Assembly (NCBI RefSeq): GCF_032054105.1
Contig: NZ_DAMBTK010000003.1
From: Epilithonimonas sp.
GTDB taxonomy: Bacteria > Bacteroidota > Bacteroidia > Flavobacteriales > Weeksellaceae
DNA length: 64,000 nt
Reading direction: 5' to 3' (one strand)
This document shows positions 36,899 through 46,856 of the stretch, piece after piece; position 1 is the first letter of the stretch; the number at the start of each line of letters is the position of its first letter. The notes under the pieces were generated by a model that made no database searches, was not told the DNA's origin, and saw only the letters and a program-made list of their open reading frames with translations. Position numbers and translations under genes: made by a program.

Positions 36899-37540
36899 AT
36901 GCAACTTCCCAAACGAGAAATTGAAGTATCCTACGATTATAGGCAGGTTGTAATGAACTTTACCAAAATCGCAGAGGAATATCTCAGTAGAAAGTTTCAA
37001 ATCGCAGAAAACGAACGGGGAATTATTTTCGGAATTCTGGCTTGGTTTCTACAAGATGATTTAATCGCAAAAGAAATGAACATCGATCTGAATAAAGGAT
37101 TGTTTCTTACAGGACCAATCGGCTGTGGAAAAACCACTTTGTTGAAATTGATGCAGAAATTTCCTTCCCAAAGAAGATCTTTCAGAATGTTTTCTACAAG
37201 GCAGATTGTATCAGAATTTATGCAATCGGGATATGAGACCATTGAGAAATATTCACGAGGAAATCTTTACAATGAAACACGGCAACCACAAGCAATTTGT
37301 TTTGATGACCTTGGCGCAGAGTCGGCGTCGAAGTACTTCGGAAACGATTGTAATGTAATGGCAGAAATTCTACTCACACGCTACGATTTATTTAAAGAAA
37401 AAGGATTGATAACGCATATTACGACCAATCTAACCGCAACAGAAATTGAAACCATTTACGGAAATCGTTTGCGTTCGAGAATGAGGGAAATGTTTAATCT
37501 TTTTGGATATGAGGAAAGTTGTAGGGATAAGAGAAGCTAA
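36899..37540 (+). CDS. P-loop ATPase (DnaC/IstB-like helper)
   Basis: Walker A GPIGCGKTT and Walker B ICFDDLG; about 210 aa. Confidence 0.65.
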   Translation: MQLPKREIEVSYDYRQVVMNFTKIAEEYLSRKFQIAENERGIIFGILAWFLQDDLIAKEMNIDLNKGLFLTGPIGCGKTTLLKLMQKFPSQRRSFRMFSTRQIVSEFMQSGYETIEKYSRGNLYNETRQPQAICFDDLGAESASKYFGNDCNVMAEILLTRYDLFKEKGLITHITTNLTATEIETIYGNRLRSRMREMFNLFGYEESCRDKRS

Positions 37541-37751
37541 TATTCATTCCCAAAACTCTTATACAATATTTTATTCTTGCAATTTTATTAAACGATACAA
37601 ACAAAAAAAATGTTTATAATTGATTTTATGTTTGAAAATCAATACTTTATAATTTGTCTTTCACTATTGGTAATTTGTAATAATTGCATAAATTTGGGTG
37701 TTATGTGCAAGGATATGAGAACCCGCTTCAATAGAAAATCCAGATATAAAT

Positions 37752-39410
37752 ATGGCAAGATATTCTCGTTCAATTAAGATAGCTTTTGACAAATTATCAG
37801 GAGAGATACTAGACGCTGATGAAATATTTGACATTACAAAAGATGCTTTCCAAATTAGAAAAAAATATCATGAAAAAAATTTGGAACTTTCTTGTTGCGA
37901 GTGCGAGCAAGATTTAATGGTTTCAGGAAGTAAATATGATAGATTGCATTTCAAACATAAACCAGGTCATGAATTTTGTATTTTGGCTAACGGTCAGTTC
38001 AGTCCATTAGAACAAGAAAAATTTACTGCAATCTTAAAAGCCAAAGAAAGTAAACGCCACAAAGATTTAAAGAAAAAAATCGGCAAGTTACTAGAGAATG
38101 TTAAAGAAGTAGATAAAAGTTCAATCCAAATTGATAACAAATTTATTATAAAAGGTAATGAAAGAAGAAAACCAGATGTTTATTGCAAGTTTCAAGATAA
38201 AGAAATTGTATTTGAAATCCAGCTTTCAGATTTATCTCTTGGTTACATATTAAGTAGATATGATTTTTACAAAAAAAATGGGATTTATCTAATATGGATA
38301 CTTGACAATTTTGATTTACACAATCAAGGAACACTTGAAAGAGATATAAAATATTTAACAAAATACGAGAATTTCTTTAAACTTGATGAGAGTTCTGAAA
38401 CATTTAGATTATTGTGTGATTATAAATATCCTTTTCTAACAGATAAAAATAAACTTTTGACAAAATGGTTGAAAAAATCTATTTCCTTAAATGAATTAAA
38501 CTTTGACAGTGAAGTCTTTCAGACTTTTTACTACAATTTTGGTGATCATAAATTGCGAACGGAAAATCTCCAGAAACAGAGAATTTTTGAGTTAGAAGAA
38601 TCTGAAAGAAAAAGAAAAGAAATTGAAAGACTAGAAAAAGCGGAACAAAAAGCAAAAGATTTAGTAATAAATATTGCTGACTTTAGAAGACAAAAATTGC
38701 ATAACTTTTCACTAATTACAAACAAGATTGAAAAATTAAACAATTTAGAATTAATCCTCTTTAATAAAATCTTAAATTTAAAAGGAAGAAATAAACCTCC
38801 TTTGCTAACATGGATTGATAAAGCAAGTCAAGATGATGTTGGGTTTTTAAATTTTATTATTACCACCAAAGAGATTGAAATTGACATTATCAAATCTCAT
38901 AATGGTAGAACAGCATTTCAAGCATTATTTGAAAATTCTAATATTTCTAAATTTGTTATTGCTCAAGCATTATTTCAAGTAGGCTACAAATTAACAGAAA
39001 ATGATAAGACCAAACTTATACAACTTAAAGAGAAAGAAGAAATAGAAGAACTTGATTTCCATTGTTATTTTTTTTGCGACAGATTGAAAAACAGAACGCT
39101 TGCAAAAAATATCTTTGATTTTATAAAATTGCTTCTAATTCTTGAATCAGCTCGAAATAATGACTTGATATACTTTAAATACAACGGAAATAAATGGATA
39201 TCTTTTGCAAACAATGCAATCCAATATTATAGTGAGTATTGGGAATACATAGAACTCACTTTTAAACACTTTGGAACATGGGATGAATTAATTAAAATTG
39301 ACACAAACGGAACTTTTCAAAAAAAAGTCGAACAATTTTATTCGAAAATGCCAATCCAAAAATATGATTTTGATAGAATATTTAAGGATTTATTTCCAGA
39401 AATTGAATAA
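37752..39410 (+). CDS. CoiA-like nuclease-fold protein with a ~330-aa uncharacterised C-terminal extension
   Basis: Zn-ribbon-like CCECEQ...LHFKHKPGHEFC, then ESKRHKDLKKKI, then a PD-(D/E)xK-like RKPDVYCKF...EIVFEIQLSDLS...GIYLIWILD. A coiled-coil ERKRKEIERLEKAEQKAKD follows. Confidence 0.7.
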   Translation: MARYSRSIKIAFDKLSGEILDADEIFDITKDAFQIRKKYHEKNLELSCCECEQDLMVSGSKYDRLHFKHKPGHEFCILANGQFSPLEQEKFTAILKAKESKRHKDLKKKIGKLLENVKEVDKSSIQIDNKFIIKGNERRKPDVYCKFQDKEIVFEIQLSDLSLGYILSRYDFYKKNGIYLIWILDNFDLHNQGTLERDIKYLTKYENFFKLDESSETFRLLCDYKYPFLTDKNKLLTKWLKKSISLNELNFDSEVFQTFYYNFGDHKLRTENLQKQRIFELEESERKRKEIERLEKAEQKAKDLVINIADFRRQKLHNFSLITNKIEKLNNLELILFNKILNLKGRNKPPLLTWIDKASQDDVGFLNFIITTKEIEIDIIKSHNGRTAFQALFENSNISKFVIAQALFQVGYKLTENDKTKLIQLKEKEEIEELDFHCYFFCDRLKNRTLAKNIFDFIKLLLILESARNNDLIYFKYNGNKWISFANNAIQYYSEYWEYIELTFKHFGTWDELIKIDTNGTFQKKVEQFYSKMPIQKYDFDRIFKDLFPEIE

Positions 39411-39556
39411 TCTTTGCACTTAAAAATCCATGCACATAACATATTCTTTCTCAAAAAAATAAACCTATCAACCCACTTCTTTACCATTTGAATATCTTGT
39501 AGCATTCTTCTTATCACTTTACTTTTATCAAAATTTTCATAAAAGTAATAACTAAA

Positions 39557-39832
39557 ATGAAGGGAAAAGAGGAAAAGGAAACCAAGAAATACCTGTGGCA
39601 ACTCACCATTGAGGAGTTCAGGGAACTGCAAATTGAAATCACCAAAGAAAAAACCTACGAATACGGTATCAAAGGATTGGCGAAAATTTTAGGTTGTTCC
39701 CGTTCCAAAGCCTACCAAATCAAAGCATCGGGAATTTTAAATGATGCCATTATCCAAAACGGAAAAGTCATCGTTATTGATGTAGAAAAGGCACTTCGAC
39801 TACTATCCGAAAACAATTCTGCACAAAAATGA
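39557..39832 (+). CDS. Small HTH DNA-binding protein
   Basis: 91 aa with GIKGLAKILGCSRSKAYQIKASG. Its stop overlaps the next gene's start (ATGA). Confidence 0.6.
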   Translation: MKGKEEKETKKYLWQLTIEEFRELQIEITKEKTYEYGIKGLAKILGCSRSKAYQIKASGILNDAIIQNGKVIVIDVEKALRLLSENNSAQK

Positions 39833-40500
39833 CGATTGATAAATTGGTTCAACGCTTTTGGAATCATAGCGGTTTCGGTGCATTGGGAACTTCAAGCGTT
39901 TCGATGTATTTCTATTTGTTGTGGCAGTTGAAAAACAATCAGTTAAAAGAATTTTCCGTTGCTGACACTCAAATTTCACGAGATTTGGGAATCAGTAGAA
40001 ATACGGTAAGAATTTGCCGTGAAAAATTGAAAAGGGTAGGGCTTTTATATTTTGAAATTCCGAGAGGCGGTTCCGTGCAGTATAATTTTGAAAAAACATA
40101 TGATTCGAAAAACTGTGTAAGCAAATCCGAAGATTTGCAAAAGGATAAAATAATTCTAAAGAAACAGAAGATAAACAAACTTGTCAAAACGGAATTAGCA
40201 AATTCAGAAATTACACCAACAATCACAGAAATCCAAAAATTGAATTCGGAAATAAGCATTCCATCTTTTGATGAATTTCTTTCATTTGCCAAAACCCTTG
40301 AGTTCTACCAAGAAAATATGCAAAACGCTCTTGAAGAAAAATACAGAAATTGGTTAGAAAATGGTTGGAAAAACGCATTGGGAAAACCCATCACCAATTG
40401 GAAACTCTCGGTAAAAAACCTCATTCCTTACCTGCAAAATGCGCCTTCCAATTCCATTTCTTTACAAAAAGTTCCCAATATCACTCGTCCAAAAGAATAG
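39829..40500 (+). CDS. Winged-HTH-like protein with a C-terminal NGW motif (paralogue of 36012-36884)
   Basis: SMYFYLLWQLKN...FSVADTQISRDLGISRNTVRICREKLKRVGLLYF, and a C-terminus YRNWLENGWKNALGKPITNWK. Confidence 0.5.
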   Translation: MTIDKLVQRFWNHSGFGALGTSSVSMYFYLLWQLKNNQLKEFSVADTQISRDLGISRNTVRICREKLKRVGLLYFEIPRGGSVQYNFEKTYDSKNCVSKSEDLQKDKIILKKQKINKLVKTELANSEITPTITEIQKLNSEISIPSFDEFLSFAKTLEFYQENMQNALEEKYRNWLENGWKNALGKPITNWKLSVKNLIPYLQNAPSNSISLQKVPNITRPKE

Positions 40501-40503
40501 GAT

Positions 40504-43500
40504 TTATCGGTTCTTTCCAATACTTCTTTCCGCCACTATAGATTGATTTTTCGTTTTTTCACTTCTAAACAAAACTTCATTTTCCGCCTTTCTTTCTGTC
40601 AAATGATCCACCAAAGAAACTTTTCTCAACCGTTCCTCATTTTCCCTCTGATATTGCAACACCAAAGCCGACTGAACTTCGGGAAGTTTCTCAATCTGCT
40701 CCTCAAATTCGGCAATTTTCTTTTCGGTGAGTTCGTTTTGCAGTTCAATTTCAGAGATATTCACGCCTTTTTTTGCGAGATGGTCGATGGTTTCCTGCAG
40801 TTCCTGTTTTGCTCGATTCACATTGGCTTCGTAATTATAGATATGGCGATTCCAAGTGCTGTCTTCACCTGCGTCTTTCGCCCATTGTTCTACTCTTTTC
40901 AAACTTGAGATGGCGTAGTCCAACTTTTCTTTTACTTTAGTATAATCCTCAAATTTTCGTAGGACAAAAGATTGGTCGGCGAAATATCGGTCTTTTTCAT
41001 TTTGCAGTTTTTTCTTTAAAAGTTCAATTTCGATGTTCGCACGAGTTTCAGGTTTAGTGATGATGGCGGTTTTCAGTTCCTGTGTGTTCACATCGGAAAC
41101 ATCTACCACATTTGCTCCCTTTTTCATCGCTTCAAGATATCTCGCCTGTTTTGCCTGCAATTTTTGAAGCATAAAAACATCGATGCTGTCGTTTGTAAGC
41201 ATATAATTGATGCGCACATTTTCCCATTGGTTTCCCTGTCTCCAAGCGCGACCTTCCACTTGCCGAAGCGAAGTAAAATTGTAGGGTAGGGAAAGCAGAT
41301 ACATATCCGAAGTTTTTTCCTGCAGATTCATTCCTTCCTGAATCGCCTCACTCCCGATAATGACCTTAATTTTCCCCGAATTAAAATCATTCTGAATGTC
41401 AATCCGCTGATTTTTTGTGGTCGCTCCCGCAATAATTCCGACCTCATTGGGTTTGAAACCGACTTCCGAAATCAAGTATTCCTTCAATTTTGGAAATTCT
41501 GCAACCGCCAATTCAGAATAAATGATTTGTCCCGCATTTGGAATATCCTTTTTGTTTTGAGCAATCAAATCCATCGTCAGTTTCAGTTTCGGTGAATTTT
41601 CGATAAATCCTTTTGTGGTAGGGTTTTCATCTTCAAAATGAATGGAAAGGTAGGGCGAAATCGCAATCAATCTCGCATTCAGGATATGCGTCAAAATCGC
41701 TCCCGGTTCCTTCTCGGAAAAGGAATCGTTTAAAAGTTCGTATTGTTCTTTTGTCAAATCGTTCTGCTCAATTTTATATTCTTTGTTGATTCGGTTCGGT
41801 CGCTTTAATTCGGGATTGTCTTCTTCGCCTTTTAAATCAATAAATTCTGACAACAATTGCTGAAAAAGTGAATTGTTTTTAAACCTCCGAACATTGGATT
41901 TGAATTTTACGTCGCCTGTCGCACCGATTTCCATCTCGTTGTCGGCTTCCATAAAGGTTTCAAAGAAATTGTTCACATTGAAATATCCGCTTTCTTCCAA
42001 ACGTTTATTGGCGATGAGCGATAAAATAGAGTAGTATTCCAAAGGTTTATTGGTAAATGGTGTCGCCGAAAGAAGCGAAACATTTCTACCGTTATTTTTC
42101 TCCTGAATGTATTGACACGCCATCCAAGCATTGATTCCCAATCCCGATGTCCGCTGATTTTGACTTCTAAAATCAGAAGAAAATCTTCTGTCCTCAATCC
42201 GCACTTTTCCCACGATGTGATTGGCGTTGTGAACTTCATCGAAAGTGATATGGTCGAACCCAAAATCCTCCCAATCGTAGATTTTTCCACGCCTCATTTT
42301 TCCTTCCACCTCTTTTTCCTTCTGAATTTCAATCTGCGTATCTCTTTCGCTGTTTTTCACGGATTTCAGTTCCGATTCCGTGATGTAGGAAAACTTGGAC
42401 GCAAGTTGCTCCGTCGTTTCCCTCGAAAACCCGATATTGTTGAAACCATCGTAAGTCACCAAAGTAATTTCCCCGTCCTTGTTGTCGAAATTTGACAAAT
42501 CGTAATCCATTCCCAAGTTTCCCAAAATATTCAACTTCGCTTCGGGAATAGATTCAAAAATAGTTTCCACCCATTGCTTCAAGATATTTGCATTGGGAAC
42601 CACGATTAGAGGTCGTTTTGCATTTCCTCTCTGCATCGCTTCGTGTATCGAGATAATTCCTGAAAGCGTTTTCCCGAATCCCACTTCGTGCGCCAAAAGT
42701 CCGACACCTTTCGTGGTCAATCTTCCAACTCCTGCTCGCTGAACTTCGGTCAAGGAAAGCGGTTCACCCTTGAAATTTTTGTTGATTTTTGAAAACAATG
42801 GAAACTGCGAATAATCCGGAACGTGGATATTGTTGAATTTTTTGTTGAATTCCGCCACAAAGCGATTTCGGGTTTCTATGGAAAGTTCCTCTCTCACATA
42901 TTTTCTGAAAAGGTCGTTTGCGGCATCCTTTCTTCGTTCCCGAATCAGCGCATTTCTTTCCTTGTCGCTTCCGGTCACATTTTCATTGTCCACGAAACTG
43001 CGCACTTCCCACGACGACGAACCTGCAAATGCAGAAGCAGGCAAGGAACTCACAAATGTCTTAAAAGTTTCCGCTAAAGAAGCGTCTTCTTTCACGGTTT
43101 CGGTTTGTCTCGTGTTCGGATTCCATTTTTCTTTTTCCACTTTTCCCATAGAAAATTGGTGGACAAACTCGTGGTTTGGACTGATGATGATGTCCTCCAA
43201 ACTTTTGGGTTTTGGGAGAACGTTTTCAAGGAGCGACTTCTGTTTCTGGTATTGGTTTTCCATTCCGCCGACTGCTTTTTTATCTACAAAATCCCGTTCC
43301 AATTGCTCCAATTTCGCGTAGATATTTCCTTCGGCATAATAAAAATCGTGCATCCATCGACCTTCAAAATAGTTGGCAAATTTGCAATGTTTTCCCCTGT
43401 TGTTGAGCGTTCCGTCATATTCCGTATCCTGAAAAGCAGAAATTTGTTCGGGACTGATGTTGGAAGAGTTTTGAAGTGCCGTATCTACAATTTCGTCATT

Positions 43501-46140
43501 CTTAAAAAACTGATATTTCAGGATTCCCTTCTTTATTTCAGGTTTCGTCTGAATTTCATATTCAGAATTTCTATCCTTTCTAGATTTGATGATGATTTCC
43601 GCCTTTTTCAGGAGTTCCTCAATCTGTTTTTGGTCAAATTTCTCGGATTTCTCTGAAAGTTCAGTCTTTAATTTTTCATAGCGTAAAATCTCAGAATTTA
43701 CGAGTGAAGACTTGAACTTGATATGGGAAAGGAGCGCCAAAACGTCGTCCACTTTCGTTTTCGCCAAATCGGTTTGAACAGTTCGGTCAAAAACTTCTGC
43801 ATTTTTTTCTTCTGCATCCTGCGTTTTTTTGTCCGAACCTTTTTCCGTTTTTTGGAAATGTTTTTGTGGCGGTGGAATTTCAGTGTAAAGGTCTTCAAAA
43901 AGATTTCCGATGCGGACTTGCTTTTTGTTGTTTTGAAGTTGCTCAAGAATAGCGAGAGCGTCTTCCAAACTTCCCGAAACATATTCCTCAAGTTTCCCGA
44001 AACGGTTGGTTTTTTCCTTGATGCTCCCCAAAATATGGGCTGAATTTTTCTCGAAATAATCGGAATAATCTCGGGACAATTTATCGGAAGTTTTCTTCAA
44101 AACGACAATATCAGTCCCGATTTTCGTTCCCGAAAAAGCACCAAGAGGCAATCGGAAAGCTTCAAGCAATTCGGCGGATTTCAATTTTTTCTGTCGGTTC
44201 ATCCATCCCGAAGGAAGCACCATTGCTAAAATTCCATTTGGTTTTAAAGAATCTAAGGAACGCTTCACAAAATAGTCCTCGTATTTCGAGATTTTGCTTT
44301 CCTCGCCTAAACCTTTGTATATTCCACGATGTTCTCCATACGGCGGATTCCCGAGAACCAAGTCGTATTTTTCCGAAAAATTTTCAGGATTTTTCTTCGT
44401 GCCTTTCTCAAGGATAAATTCCGTCTCGAAAGAACGCAGATTGACGGTAATTTCAGGATTTAGGATTTTGGCAATTTTCGCCGAGGTCTCGTTAATTTCA
44501 AAAGAATTGACGGAAATGTTTTCGCTTAATTTTTTCGAGGCATTAATGAAATTACCCGTTCCTACACTCGGTTCAAGCACAGAAATATGGTCTTTTCCCG
44601 AAAAATGGTCTTTGATTAAATTTCGGACGGTTTCGACGATTTTGGTGTCGGTATAATATTCGTCAAGAATTCCACGACCTTCCTTTGCGGTTCCGCCACT
44701 TTTGAACTGACGGCAAATATTTTTGAGTTCGTCGGTAATGTTCAGATGCTCTTTCAGATGAACCTCCTTATCATCCGAAACAAAACAAGTCGCGGAGACG
44801 ATTTCCGCAACTTGTTCGTTGGTAAGTTTCTGACCTTTATGTTGGTCTAAAATTCGGTCTAATTCAGCAATTCCTGTTTTGCCATCTATTCCGGATAACC
44901 GTCCGACCACGGAATTTTCTGTTCCCGCATTTTCTTGAGCATTTTTTGGTTGTGTTCCAAGTGCGGGTGTTCCCACTTTTCCTGTTCCTCGAAGATGGCT
45001 CCCGACTGCGCCTGTAAATCCATCTCTAGCATTTTCGCCGTCCATTTTTTGTCCGCTCTGCTGATGGTTTTCTTGCTCGGATTGGCTGATTTGCTCAGGT
45101 TTTCCAAGGTCTCGTTCAGATGTTCTTCCTGCCAATTGGAGAGTTTGGGATATTGTTTCGGATTGAGGTTCAGGATTTCCATTTTGGCTGTGTTTTAAAG
45201 ATTCTAAATTAAGGCTTTTTTTCAGATTCTCCACTTTCTTTTGCAGATAATCGCTCAAATCGTTATGTCCTGTTTCCGAAATTCCGTAAAGAAGTCGAAC
45301 ATCCTTTATTTTAAGGTCTTTCATTTCGGAAAGGATTTTTTTCGTGGCATAGTTTCCTGCTTCGTCTCCGTCGAGACAAAGAAAAATTTTCCCCTCAAAA
45401 TCTTGGAAGGCGTTGATGAATTTGTCCGCATTTACTACAGAATTGAGCGCCACCAAAGTTCGGGTGTTCTTCACCTGATTATCCTTCTGCAGTTGCAGAA
45501 AAGAAAGCAAATCGGTCGGTCCCTCAAAAACGATCACTTCATCCTTTCTTGTTCCTTCCACCACGGAAATGTCGCTTTTCCCGATTTTGCTTTTTATCAT
45601 CGGGTTTCGCAATTCAAAACCGCCGGAAAGGTTTTCGATACCCAATCCGAAATAGGATTTTCCGCTAGATTCATAATGAACTTGTTTGGTGTTTTCCAAA
45701 AGAACCTCCCGAGAAATCCCCCGACTTGCAAAGTAGTCGATGAGCGTTTCGTTGTTAGGCGGAATGATGTTCAATATTTTAGGCGAGGAGTTCACGGCAA
45801 TTGAAGAGTTCAGGGTTTTTATTGGCTGTAGATTTGTGGAGATGGTGTTGTTAAGGGGATTGGGAGAAAACAGTTTCAAATATTCCATTGCCTCCTTCCA
45901 ACTTTTGTTCTCAAAATGCATCACGGCTTTAATGATTTCGCCACCTTCCTTGGTTTTGAAATCGAAATATTTTCTTTCATTCACCGAAAACTTGTTTTCA
46001 GGCGTGAGGAAATAGTGGTCTTTTCCCGATTTTCGGTCGTAACGCACGAGATTTCTTCGCGCCAAATCCTGAAAATAATCCAAAACCGAAAGACTTTCCG
46101 AAATCTGCCGTATTTCATCCTGAGAATATCTATTTTCCAC
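40504..46140 (-). CDS. 1878-aa fusion protein: Toprim/primase-like N-terminus, N6-adenine DNA methyltransferase, and SNF2-family helicase
   Basis: Toprim: VIVFEGPTDLLSF...FLCLDGDEAG. MTase motif I VLEPSVGTGNF and motif IV LGNPPYG. Helicase motifs LLAHEVGFGKT, FDEVHN, SATPFTN and GSEAIQEGMNLQ...QVEGRAWRQGN. Confidence 0.88.
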   Translation of the reverse strand: MENRYSQDEIRQISESLSVLDYFQDLARRNLVRYDRKSGKDHYFLTPENKFSVNERKYFDFKTKEGGEIIKAVMHFENKSWKEAMEYLKLFSPNPLNNTISTNLQPIKTLNSSIAVNSSPKILNIIPPNNETLIDYFASRGISREVLLENTKQVHYESSGKSYFGLGIENLSGGFELRNPMIKSKIGKSDISVVEGTRKDEVIVFEGPTDLLSFLQLQKDNQVKNTRTLVALNSVVNADKFINAFQDFEGKIFLCLDGDEAGNYATKKILSEMKDLKIKDVRLLYGISETGHNDLSDYLQKKVENLKKSLNLESLKHSQNGNPEPQSETISQTLQLAGRTSERDLGKPEQISQSEQENHQQSGQKMDGENARDGFTGAVGSHLRGTGKVGTPALGTQPKNAQENAGTENSVVGRLSGIDGKTGIAELDRILDQHKGQKLTNEQVAEIVSATCFVSDDKEVHLKEHLNITDELKNICRQFKSGGTAKEGRGILDEYYTDTKIVETVRNLIKDHFSGKDHISVLEPSVGTGNFINASKKLSENISVNSFEINETSAKIAKILNPEITVNLRSFETEFILEKGTKKNPENFSEKYDLVLGNPPYGEHRGIYKGLGEESKISKYEDYFVKRSLDSLKPNGILAMVLPSGWMNRQKKLKSAELLEAFRLPLGAFSGTKIGTDIVVLKKTSDKLSRDYSDYFEKNSAHILGSIKEKTNRFGKLEEYVSGSLEDALAILEQLQNNKKQVRIGNLFEDLYTEIPPPQKHFQKTEKGSDKKTQDAEEKNAEVFDRTVQTDLAKTKVDDVLALLSHIKFKSSLVNSEILRYEKLKTELSEKSEKFDQKQIEELLKKAEIIIKSRKDRNSEYEIQTKPEIKKGILKYQFFKNDEIVDTALQNSSNISPEQISAFQDTEYDGTLNNRGKHCKFANYFEGRWMHDFYYAEGNIYAKLEQLERDFVDKKAVGGMENQYQKQKSLLENVLPKPKSLEDIIISPNHEFVHQFSMGKVEKEKWNPNTRQTETVKEDASLAETFKTFVSSLPASAFAGSSSWEVRSFVDNENVTGSDKERNALIRERRKDAANDLFRKYVREELSIETRNRFVAEFNKKFNNIHVPDYSQFPLFSKINKNFKGEPLSLTEVQRAGVGRLTTKGVGLLAHEVGFGKTLSGIISIHEAMQRGNAKRPLIVVPNANILKQWVETIFESIPEAKLNILGNLGMDYDLSNFDNKDGEITLVTYDGFNNIGFSRETTEQLASKFSYITESELKSVKNSERDTQIEIQKEKEVEGKMRRGKIYDWEDFGFDHITFDEVHNANHIVGKVRIEDRRFSSDFRSQNQRTSGLGINAWMACQYIQEKNNGRNVSLLSATPFTNKPLEYYSILSLIANKRLEESGYFNVNNFFETFMEADNEMEIGATGDVKFKSNVRRFKNNSLFQQLLSEFIDLKGEEDNPELKRPNRINKEYKIEQNDLTKEQYELLNDSFSEKEPGAILTHILNARLIAISPYLSIHFEDENPTTKGFIENSPKLKLTMDLIAQNKKDIPNAGQIIYSELAVAEFPKLKEYLISEVGFKPNEVGIIAGATTKNQRIDIQNDFNSGKIKVIIGSEAIQEGMNLQEKTSDMYLLSLPYNFTSLRQVEGRAWRQGNQWENVRINYMLTNDSIDVFMLQKLQAKQARYLEAMKKGANVVDVSDVNTQELKTAIITKPETRANIEIELLKKKLQNEKDRYFADQSFVLRKFEDYTKVKEKLDYAISSLKRVEQWAKDAGEDSTWNRHIYNYEANVNRAKQELQETIDHLAKKGVNISEIELQNELTEKKIAEFEEQIEKLPEVQSALVLQYQRENEERLRKVSLVDHLTERKAENEVLFRSEKTKNQSIVAERSIGKNR

Positions 46141-46802
46141 TATTTCCTTTGGTTTGCAAAATGGTTGAACTCAAAAATTTCCTTCGCCTCGTTGTCCCAA
46201 TTTTTTCTTGGAATCAATTGCATCGAGACAAATACATCATCTTTCTTGTTATAGGAATCGATGCGCTCGATTCTTCCCGAATAATCCTTCTCGGCGTGTC
46301 GGTAAATTGCATAGGGCAAAATCGTGTCGGTTGGATAAACATAATATCTCGTGTAATTCCACGGCGAATTGATTTCGAAGCGTCTGAATTTTTTATTGAA
46401 TAAGATGGTGTCGCTCAAATTTCGGCGGTTTCTATAATTGGGAATCGGGTCTTTTGAAAAGATGGCGCCCGCTTTTTTATCAAAGACCAATGAAGGTTCC
46501 GTTTTCTTTGAAATTTCAGAAAACAACAAATTTTCTGTAGGTTCTAAATGATAAAAAATGGAATCTTTGATGAAGAAAAGATGTCTGGTCATTTCGGGGA
46601 GTTCCGGCTCGGGAACAATTTCCACGATGGAGTCGCCCGAATAATTCATCCTCGAAATCAAAAAACTCTTACGATTTTCAAGATTTTTGGAAGCATCGAC
46701 ATAGACGTTGGAAATAATGTCGATTCCGCCTTTTTTTGAAATGACTTTTTGTTTGCACGAAACAATGGATAGTAGAACGGAAAGCAGAATTATAATTTTC
46801 AT
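46140..46802 (-). CDS. Lipoprotein of unknown function
   Basis: Lipobox LSIVSC. Its stop overlaps the start of the downstream giant gene. Confidence 0.55.
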   Translation of the reverse strand: MKIIILLSVLLSIVSCKQKVISKKGGIDIISNVYVDASKNLENRKSFLISRMNYSGDSIVEIVPEPELPEMTRHLFFIKDSIFYHLEPTENLLFSEISKKTEPSLVFDKKAGAIFSKDPIPNYRNRRNLSDTILFNKKFRRFEINSPWNYTRYYVYPTDTILPYAIYRHAEKDYSGRIERIDSYNKKDDVFVSMQLIPRKNWDNEAKEIFEFNHFANQRK

Positions 46803-46856
46803 AGTATTGATGGTTGTTAAAAGGCGGTAAACAACACCGTCATTTACCGCTGAAGA

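Noticed and set aside
39338-39631. 97-aa minus-strand ORF spanning the CoiA-like gene end and the HTH gene start.
   Set aside because: It overlaps two better-supported plus-strand genes and has no motifs.
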